A stretch of DNA of 64,000 nucleotides from Octopus vulgaris (Eukaryota), in NCBI GenBank assembly GCA_951406725.2, contig OX597819.1, positions 129,084,001 through 129,148,000 on the forward strand, given 5' to 3'. The notes under the pieces are model-generated. The model was given only the letters and a program-made list of their open reading frames with translations. It had not been told where the DNA came from and did not search any database. A program made the position numbers and the translations under genes. Within the stretch, counting starts at the first letter, position 1, and the number at the start of each line of letters is the position of its first letter. Positions 54,231 through 64,000 of this stretch are shown here, piece by piece.

Positions 54231-54382
54231 AATAATAATAATAAAACTTTCTAACTGGTACCCCGAAAGGATGAAAATCAAAGTCGACTTCGACGGAATT
54301 TGAATTCAGAACGTAGCGACGGACGAAATACTGCTAAGCATTTCGCCCAGCGTGCTAACGATTCTGCTAGCTCACCGCCTTA

Positions 54383-54443
<61 letters not shown>

Positions 54444-54444
54444 G

Positions 54445-54987
54445 TGCCCTGATGCAGTGCCAGTCACTTGCTCTCATGGCTTCTGATCTTAACTGATTGG
54501 AAGTGTTATCATGCTTTGTCTTGGTGTAAAAGATGGGAGACAGCAAATATTCTGCTCAATACCAAAGATCTGCTTGTCAGTTGTTTGACCTTAACCAGTT
54601 GAACATGTCCCTTAGTGGTTCACGATAAATGCATCTCTGATCACGAGCAGAAGTAGTGGGGGAGCGTCTATTTCTGTGTTGAGAGGAATTCTTTGGGGTT
54701 TGAATAATTCATCTCTTGAATCATAGGTGCCTCGTTCAACATCCTTAACCCTTATTCAAGGACAGTTTGAGCGGGATGGGCTACTCGACCTGAAGAAAAT
54801 TCTAACCGGGCTCCACTTGTAAGGTCATGCACTGTTCATCTTGATATGAGATCACCATGTCGCACACATATGGTTGTGATGCATGTACCTAGTGTACCCT
54901 TATCAAACGGGTAGTCATGATGGGTAAATTGGGCTTCATATATTTTACCACAATGTAACTTCGATGGCATGCATTGCTCTCTCATTC
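54445..54987 (+). mobile_element. Element 'X', copy 2, inside (TAA)n
   Basis: Same 5' start (tgccctgatgcag) and 3' end (ctctcaytc|aat) as copy 1. Confidence 0.85.
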
Positions 54988-55005
54988 AATGATAATAATA
55001 ACAAT

Positions 55006-55405
55006 ATTTCTTTCTACTAGAAGCACAAGGCCTCAAATTTGGAGGAAGGGATTAAGTTGATTATATCGACCCCAGTGCGTAACTGGTACTTATTTAATCG
55101 ACCCCGAGGAGATGAAAGGCAAAGTCGACCTCAGCGGAATTTGAACTCAGAACGTAGCGGCAGACGAAATACCTATTTCTTTACTACCCACAAAGGGCTA
55201 AACACAAAGGGGACAAACAAGGGCAAACATAGGTATTAAGTCGATTATATCGACCCCAGTTCGTAACTGGTACTTAATTTATCGACCCCGAAAGGATGAA
55301 AGGCAAAGTCGACCTCGGCGGAATTTGAACTCAGAACGTAGCGGCAGACGAAATACCGCTTAGTGTTTCGCCCGGTGTGCTAATGATTCTGCCAGCTCAC
55401 CGTCT
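55006..55405 (-). mobile_element. SINE family A dimer
   Basis: Same aaatag/gtatttcg junction as the other multimers. Confidence 0.85.
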
Positions 55406-55449
<44 letters not shown>

Positions 55450-55470
55450 ATGATAATAATAATAATAATG

Positions 55471-55522
<52 letters not shown>

Positions 55523-55523
<1 letters not shown>

Positions 55524-55565
55524 TACCCCAGTGTCACTTTGATGGCATGCACTGCTCTCTCACTC
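55523..55565 (+). mobile_element. Element 'X', 43-bp 3'-terminal stub inside (AAT)n
   Basis: ttaccccagtgtcactttgatggcatgcactgctctctcactc matches the 3' end of copy 1. Confidence 0.85.
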
Positions 55566-55602
<37 letters not shown>

Positions 55603-55894
55603 CATTAGTGTTGTGTTGTGGTGGTGGTGGTGGTGGTGTTATGTACAGCGATTTCCCCGTGTGTAATTAGCGAATTTTAAGAAGTTATGTTTTATAACAC
55701 TAAGGTGACAGGTTTGAGCATCTGTTCAATATGTGCGAAGAAGCTGAAAAGAAAAAAACGGTCTGTACAGATTCAAAGTTCGTTTCATAATGTCGTATAG
55801 ATATATATCAGATATCCGATTAGATAACCACTTTAATGCCAGCGTAAATTCATGATATCGATTTCATGTTCTGGTTATTTTTACACACAAGACA

Positions 55895-55969
<75 letters not shown>

Positions 55970-56256
55970 CCGCACGCACGCACACATTGTAACAGCTTTT
56001 CCTTTCAATCCGTGAATGACGACCCGGATATATTCAATATACTCGTACTTATCAAAGTAATTAAAATGATACGTCAGAAACACATTACGTGGCCATTATA
56101 GGAATATCGTATGTTTAAATGAAATAAGAACTCAGAATAATATTTTCTTTCTTCTTTGTTTTTTGTATTTTGTATTTTGCAATTTCTATAATTGAGCTCC
56201 AACAACGAATTGTATGCAGTTAAAACTGTCAGATGACGTTATTTCATTTAAAAAAA

Positions 56257-56826
56257 AGGCGGTGAGCTGGCAGAAACGTTAGCACACCGTTACATTCTGA
56301 GTTCAAATTCCGCAGAGGTCGACTTTGCCTTTCATCCTTTCGGAGTCGATTAAATAAGTAACAGTTACGCACTGGGGTCGATGTAATCGACTTAATCTGT
56401 CTGTCTGTCCTTGTTTGTCCCCTCTATGTTTAGCCCCTTGTGGATAGTAAAGAATTTGGTATTTCGTCTGCCGTTACGTTCTGAGTTCAAATTCCGGCGA
56501 GGTCGACTTTGCCTTTCATTCTTTTCGGGGTTGATAAATTAAGTACCAGTTACGCACTGGGGTCGACGTAATCGACTTAATCTGTTTGTCTGTCCTTGTT
56601 TGTCCCCTCTATATTTATCCCCTTGTGGGTAGTAAAGAAATTGGTATTTCGTCTGCCGTTACGTTCTGAGTTCAAATTCCGGCGAGGTCGACTTTGCCTT
56701 TCATTCCTTTCGGGGTCGATAAATTAAGTACCAGTTACGCACTGGGGTCGATGTAATCGACTTAATCTGTTTGTCTGTCCTTGTTTGTCCCCTCTATGTT
56801 TAGCCCCTTGTGGGTAATAAAGAAAC
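56257..56826 (+). mobile_element. SINE family A trimer
   Basis: Head plus three units joined at ttg/gtatttcgtc. Confidence 0.9.
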
Positions 56827-57647
56827 AGTTATTTCATTCAAAACATACTTAACACATACATCTATAATATCTATAGAGTGCCTTTATGTATTATTTAAAT
56901 TATATATTTCCCTTCGGTCAGGCTAGAATAATACGAGAGAGAAAGAGGAGGAAATTAATAACAAAAAAAATCAACTACTACCAAATGCAACTGTTTTTCG
57001 ATAACTAAGTGAAATCCTTGATCAAAATATTTGTACCTGACTCAACACCAAGTATGATATCGTTTGCTAAAGCACGTCATCTCATTCCAATCGGGTTATC
57101 ATCGAACGGAAATTGGTCTGGCAGAAGAGAAGGCAATGGCTGAGAAATGCATTTAACTGTAGAGGGAGATTCTAAGAATATGGAAATTTTCGAGTTGATT
57201 GAATTTCGTTTGTTTTTGTTTTTTTTGTTTTTTTGCTTTTTTGTAATATATTTTGAAATCTAAACATTTTTTTTTTCATGCCGAAATATCAGCTCTATGG
57301 AATTTATTATTGAAGTTTAATACCATATAAAATGCAATACAGAGTGATTCAAAATCCCCTTAACCAATTGGGTAACAACCGAGGATAATTGAAGCCTGCT
57401 GTGCTCCTTGATGTACTTCTCATCTTCCTTCTTTCCATCCTTCCCTCATAACTTACACCTCTTCACAATAGCTTTCACCAACCACCCCACCGCATTCGTT
57501 AACCGTCTGCGAACTCAGATTGGCGTTTACTCTCTAGGCTCAGAGGTTTTAGGATAGCTGGTCTATTGCCTTGCAGTACATACAGCTGGCTGCCCATGCA
57601 TCCAGGCACGTTAATTATGTGTGTTTTATAGCAATATATACATATAT

Positions 57648-58105
57648 CATCATCATTGTTCGACCGTGGTCGAGACAATGGAATTTACTATGTTACACCA
57701 GACTTCGTGGTCCATCATAGCATTGCGGAGGTCCTGTTGCAGGAGATTACATCAGGGTAGGAGAGTGTGCGCCCTCTGGTATCGCGAGCAGATGGCTACC
57801 AGAGGAGAAGAGTAGAAATTACCTCGTTTTCAGCTCTACAACAATGTCCAGCAAACTGGACTCTCCTACCTTTCACAAGAGATGACACAGGTGGTAGTTT
57901 CCCATATATTTGCATTTTGGTTGGATGGCGCTTCCACGAGAGGTTTTGAGCTCTCATATGGAGGCGAGTGTAAGTTCCATCCAATCGCCTCTCAAGCTTC
58001 TTTGATAACGTCCAGGTTTCTGAGCTGTATAGTAGAATTGGTTCGACTGTGGCTTTGAAGATTTTAAGTTTGAAATCTCTACTTAGATTTGACGACCAGA
58101 TCTTA

Positions 58106-58108
<3 letters not shown>
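57648..58108 (-). mobile_element. RTE-X-like LINE 3' fragment with (ATG)n tail, between TA runs
   Basis: FKATVEPILLYSSETWTL..RLDGTYTRL..FAGHC. Confidence 0.85.
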
Positions 58109-58163
<55 letters not shown>

Positions 58164-58621
58164 GTATGATGACCATACATATATTGCGAATGGTTTTTTT
58201 TAAGCAGTGTCGATTTAGACAATTCTGTAAGTAATAATGATAGTATTTTATAAGCTTAAAGCTTACAGCGATCACCACGCAATAACTAAAGAAAATTGTC
58301 TAATAATGGGGCCTATAAATCCTCGACAGAGAAAAGTAGGTTTTCCGTACGCTTGGGGAAACCTACTCTTTTTCGTCCATGACGGGATTTGAACTCAGAA
58401 CTCAAAGACTGAACAAATATTGCAAGGCACCCGATTAGATAGTCTTAGTACCACCAGTCTACCGCCTATTGATTGGTAACTTTTTCTTTTTTTAATTTTT
58501 TTTTATCGATATTGACAGGATGAATGTCAAAGTTGACCTCGGCGAAATACGAACTCAGAGACATAGCAAATACACGGATGTATTTCTGAATCCAGGATAA
58601 ATAAATGAATTCATCTTTTAG

Positions 58622-58835
58622 TTTTTACTTGTTTCAGTTATTAAACTGCGACCATGCTGGGGCACTGCCTTCAGGAATTTTTAGTCGAATGTACCGACTC
58701 ATTCTCTTTTTTTAATACTGGTACTTAGTCTATCGTTCTCTTTTGCTGAACCGCTAAGCTACGGGACGTGAACCCACCAACACCGATTGTCAAGTGATAG
58801 TGGAGGTCAAACACACACACACACACACACACACG

Positions 58836-58886
<51 letters not shown>

Positions 58887-59191
58887 AGGCGCAATAACCC
58901 AGTGGTTAGGGCAGCGGACTCGCGGTCGTAGGATCGCGGTTTCGATTCCCAGACCGGGCGTTTTGAGTGTTTATTGACGAAACCACCTAAAGATCCACGA
59001 GGCTCCCGCAGGGGGTGATGGCGATCCCTGCTGCACTCTTTCGCCACAACTTTCTCTCTCTCTCTTTCTTCTGTTGGCCTGCTCGCTTAGCCAGCGGGGT
59101 GGCGTCATTTGAAGGCTAAAACAATGCGAAGCGCATTGTGACCAGCGATGTGTAGCAACATCTGATAGCCTGGTCGGTCACGGTGATCACG

Positions 59192-59262
<71 letters not shown>

Positions 59263-59392
59263 GACGTTCTACTTTACAGTTTCAGTCTACCAAATCCACT
59301 CACAAGACTTTAGTCGGACTGAGGCTATAGTAGAAGACACTTGCTCAACTTAGTGATGCGCAGTAGTATTGAACCCCGAACCATGTTGTTCC
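58622..59392 (-). mobile_element. SINE family B hosting SINE C in its microsatellite
   Basis: Family halves at 58622-58830 and 59260-59392. Confidence 0.8.
58885..59196 (+). mobile_element. SINE family C (tRNA-like head, possibly Arg-derived) with (CACGGTGAT)2 tail
   Basis: cagtggttagggcagcggactcgc..ggtttcgattccc resembles the D, anticodon and T arms of a tRNA. Confidence 0.75.
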
Positions 59393-59739
59393 ACACTTGA
59401 TTAATTAAATGTTTTTATTTATTTCATGTCTTATTTAAGGTGCTGTATAAAACGTGATTTTTTTACATATACAGGTTGCACCGATTACACATCTGAGATT
59501 CACCCTTTTCATAAGTATTTTAACAGCAAATGCTAGGCAGGCATGAATCCAAACCATGATGGCAACTAAAAAATAAAACTGTAAAACATTAGCTACGAAA
59601 AACTCTGAGGCCACCTGCCTGACTTCATTGTCGTCACACGAATGACTGTGTCAGATATGTGAAATTTTCTGTCGCATCCTGTATATCATGGCCGGCGCTA
59701 GGAAGTGCGGGGGCCCAATTAGAGAATTGTTAGTGCGGC

Positions 59740-60153
59740 GGATCTTTTCGGTTTGAACGGCAGATTTTTAAAATAATTTCCACGTAACTAAACACTATAC
59801 TGGTAGAATGTGTTTATAAAACATCTTTTTCTTTTGGCTTTATTGAGAAAATTCTATAGTTTGTAAGATATTTGTTGTTGTTTTTCTTCAATTTCTGCAA
59901 TTTCAAACCAATCACTGACGTCTATTGAGGTGAAGACATTCTGTGCCGTATGAATATGTCCCTCGTTTAAGAAACAGATTGGGTTTATTGACATTTCGGA
60001 AGAAAAAAAGATATCCTTCTCCCACCCTTAACCCTAACTAACTCTAACCCTAAAACAGATTGAAATGCAATAGATCGATACTAGGGTCATAATTATGGGT
60101 GACAATTTCATATGACACCTCTAGAAAAGCTGCAGTTCAAACCGAAAAGATCC
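59740..60153. mobile_element. MITE with ~24-bp TIRs, 8-bp TSD and internal TAACCC-like repeats
   Basis: GGATCTTTTCGGTTTGAACGGCAG ... CTGCAGTTCAAACCGAAAAGATCC; TSD agtgcggc/agtggggc. Confidence 0.85.
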
Positions 60154-61298
60154 AGTGGGGCCCCTCTACTCTAAAAAAGCTGAAGAGTGATTTTTTGTTT
60201 GTGGGGGGGAGGTTATATTTCTTGTATATATGAGGTTCCACTATTAGTCACAATGATATGCTAAGAATTGAAAGCTCATAAGAAAGTTTTAATGTTTTAT
60301 TACAAGTCGAGCGTGTGCGTGGGTGGGGGGAGTTCCTCTTAGCCCAATTTAGGCAAATCTGTCTAATTGGCTTAAAACTAGTCCTGTCTACGTTTTGCTG
60401 TTATTGAAATTATAAAGAATGGAGAATTGGCAGAATCGGAAAAGCACCGGGCGAAATTCCTTGTGGTTTCACTTCCGGATCTTTACATTCTAAGTTCAAA
60501 CATTGCCAGGATCAACTTAGCTTTTCTTTCCTCAGGGAGTCGATAAAACAGAGTACCAGTGATGAACTGGGATCGATGGTATAGATTAGACCCTAGCCTC
60601 AAAATTCCTACCCTTGCGCCTCAATTTGAAACGATTATGTAAATAGTGTTGTCACCGTGTACTAGTCATCCCTTATTAGATTTATGATATTGAAATAAAA
60701 TTTGACATTCTTTCCCCAGTGACATTTTCCTAAGCAAAATTTTAACGATTTTCTCTGAGATATTTCGCCCTGTGAAATTCCTCCCGTTTACATTACTTTC
60801 CCACCAAACTGCAACACCCTCTCTCTTATATACACCCACACACGTAATATTTTAGTCAATATTTCTGGGTCGTTTATCTGGTTATTGATTTCTCTCGTTT
60901 TTGTCCAGTTCAATTTTATTTTCAAAATATCCAACATATCTATACATATCTATTGTATGTGCATACACGCGCTCATTCACAGACACACAGCTTACACATA
61001 CACATCTATACGTACACGCATAAACACACACACACATGCACACACAGACACACACACACAAACACACACATTAATATATCGGAATGTAAGCGTGCATATG
61101 AGTGTATGTGGTATAGTTGTAGATATCTAAATATACTTATGTGTACATATATACATAGATGTCTATATACATACATGTCTATACACAAACATGCTTATCT
61201 ACATTCATGTCTATATACGAACCCATATATACATATATACGCACATACAAACCCATATGTATACATATGTAATATATGTGTGTATTTACACACATGAT

Positions 61299-61336
<38 letters not shown>

Positions 61337-61355
61337 TATATATATATATATATAT

Positions 61356-61421
<66 letters not shown>

Positions 61422-61537
61422 GTATATATACATGTGTTTATATATACGTGTATATATATATGTATGCATGTGCATATATGGGTATTGTGTGTGTCTGTGT
61501 GTGTGTATCCATACGAATATCTACATATGAGATTAAC

Positions 61538-61812
61538 GTGTTAGGCTCATGGTCGTGCGTTCGATTCCCGGTTGCGCATTGTGTCCTTGAGCAAGAAACG
61601 TTGCTCTACTTCACTCAGCTGGTAAAAATTAGTTCTTCTTATGATTCTGAAGGCCAACCTTATCACATTCTGTGTCACGCTGAATCTCTCTAAGAACGAC
61701 GTTAGGGTATGCGCATCTGTGGGGTACTCAATCGCCCTTTAATTTCACGAACAAGCTATTCTGTCGATCGGATCAACTGGCACACTCGTCGTCGTAACTG
61801 ACGGAGTGCCAC
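61538..61812 (+). mobile_element. Degenerate tRNA/CORE-like SINE (additional family)
   Basis: B-box gttcgattccc followed by tgtgtccttgagcaag. Confidence 0.5.
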
Positions 61813-61980
61813 TAGGGATATATACATATACGGAGTTATATATATATCTATAAATATTAATATAATATATATATATATTATTATTATTATTTGAGGGAAT
61901 ATTATTCCTAACTTACAGGGAAAATTCAATTTAGAAATACTAAATCAAATTTCACAAAATATTATATATATATATATATA

Positions 61981-62283
61981 TATATAAATTAGAAAAAAAA
62001 ACACCTTTTATCAATTCAAAATGAACAATTAAATTACACCATCTAGAAAAATAATAGAAATATTAAAATTAAAATAACAATAAAATACCAATGATTAAGT
62101 AAATTGCAAAATAATAATAAAAACATATATATTTGGTTTTTATGATTTTTATTATTTTTTTTGCAATTTACTTAATCATCGGTATATTATTGTTATTTTA
62201 ATTTTAATATTTCTATTATATGTAATTTTCTAGATGGTGTAATTTAATTGTTCATTTTAATTGCTAAAAGGTGTTTTTTTCTA

Positions 62284-62290
<7 letters not shown>
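61981..62290. repeat. AT-rich fold-back palindrome between (TA)n tracts
   Basis: Arms ~61981-62122 and ~62145-62290 are reverse complements with small indels. Confidence 0.9.
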
Positions 62291-62344
<54 letters not shown>

Positions 62345-62551
62345 CTTTTTTTTTCTTTACTTGTTTCAGTCATTAGACTGCACCATGCTCGTGCAGCCCC
62401 TAGAGGAATTTTTAGTCGAATGAAAGAACTCTAGTATTTATTTTTATTTTTAAAGCCTGGTACTTATTCTATCAATCTTTTTCTTGCCAAATCGCTAATT
62501 TAACACTCGAAACCCGGTTTTCAAGCGTTGGTGGGTAGCAAACACAGGCAT

Positions 62552-62582
<31 letters not shown>

Positions 62583-62605
62583 AACACACCCACGCACGCA
62601 CGCAC

Positions 62606-62662
<57 letters not shown>

Positions 62663-62719
62663 CATATATACTATAGATATCATATATATATGATATGTAA
62701 GTGATTATGTGTGTGTATG

Positions 62720-62806
<87 letters not shown>

Positions 62807-63855
62807 GGGTATGTATGTATGTCTGCGCATACAGCATTGTTATCACAATGACTAACAGAAAACCGCCTCGCAAGCAGTTGTCTCTTAATCTGTACTATGC
62901 TGGAGAAAGTTTCTTATTAAGTAATTGGAATTATGTAACTTTTACTAAAAGAAAGCAAGTATTGAATGCAAAACAGTCTGCAAATTTTTTTATAAATTCC
63001 CGTTTCAATACATTTCTTTTTTTTTTCTTATCGAAATGCAGTTTTGAAGCTTCTTTCATTATGGAATACGTGAAATACATACTTCAGTCACAAATCTTAT
63101 TCAGTGCGACATTATTCAGAAGCGTTTTTTAGCATCTGCTTATACTTCTGGAAATACAGATGTCACCCAAATGTTTGCAATGCTACTTTCTACAGCTATA
63201 AGCTTAATCTAGCGTCAGTCAAGTTATGTTGAAGAAATAGAAAGCTAAATATGAAATCTTGCTAATTGGGTATAACTACAGAAATGTACCCCTGTACTCC
63301 ATGATGTATTTTCGTGACTTTCAGGATTATGAATATTTTTTAATGAAATTTTCTTCAAATATCGTTCAGATGGCGTGGATTACAATCATATCGGAATTTT
63401 ATGTGGAAAAGAAACGGAGAGAGATATCGCAAGCATATTGACATTATTTTCTTCATACATTTTGACGATTTCGCTATTATTATGTTAAAAAAAATATCCT
63501 TTGTGGACTCATCCTCTTTTCCAAAAATTCTTTGAAAGAAATCTTTTTAGAAAGAGGAGTACAATTCTTACACTAATTATTGAATGCCTACTTCTTTCAT
63601 TATTTTATCACAATCATAATCTTCCTTTTTTAAACAAACTGAAAAGTGACCCATCCTCTACGAGGTCGCTTAGCATGCTAGAATGAACATGTATCACATG
63701 GGTCTCAAAAGTAATATTTTTTCAATGTAATTGTAATTAAATTATTAAAACGACGAGAAAGTAAAGTCGAGATGCATGAAATATCCTCCGCAATCCATTT
63801 TCCTATACTTTTTTATATAATCGTATCTAAACCATAAGAAAATCATATTCTCTCT

Positions 63856-64000
63856 TTACTCTTTTACTTGTTTCAGGCTGGAGCACCGCCTTTAGTTGAG
63901 CAAATCGACCCCGGGACTTATTCTTTGTAAGCCCAGTACTTATTCTATCGGTCTCTTTTTGCCGAACCGCTAAGTTACGGGGACGTAAACACACCAGCAT
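63856..64000 (-). mobile_element. SINE family B 3' part (runs off the window)
   Basis: Matches the other family B copies. Confidence 0.85.

Noticed and set aside
58885-58960. tRNA-Arg gene
   Set aside because: Acceptor and other stems are imperfect and the sequence continues into a SINE body with a tandem tail.

Overview
AT-rich, microsatellite-dense eukaryotic DNA. The repeat content (tRNA-derived SINEs, (TA)n/(TAA)n/(CATA)n/(GATA)n tracts) resembles an octopus/cephalopod genome; this is an inference. No complete host gene is visible; one candidate signal-peptide first exon lies at 37869-37950. The rest is mostly mobile DNA: CR1- and RTE-type LINE fragments, a head-to-tail train of R4/Dong-like retrotransposon 3' ends in (TAA)n, several SINE families, an intron-containing Tc1, a mariner, a hAT, two non-autonomous Helitron-like elements, a MITE, and a 28S rRNA retrocopy with a 26-bp target duplication. 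The strongest unexplained signal is about ten minimal type-I hammerhead-ribozyme-like motifs from several unrelated sequence families. Most sit inside 220-500 bp fold-back palindromes, often at (TA)n tracts, always with the ribozyme-sense 3' ends pointing outward. This suggests Penelope-like tail-out inverted insertions rather than MITEs. A second candidate novelty is a ~540-bp non-coding retroposon that appears specific for (TAA)n. All structures were read by eye; nothing was folded, aligned or searched computationally.
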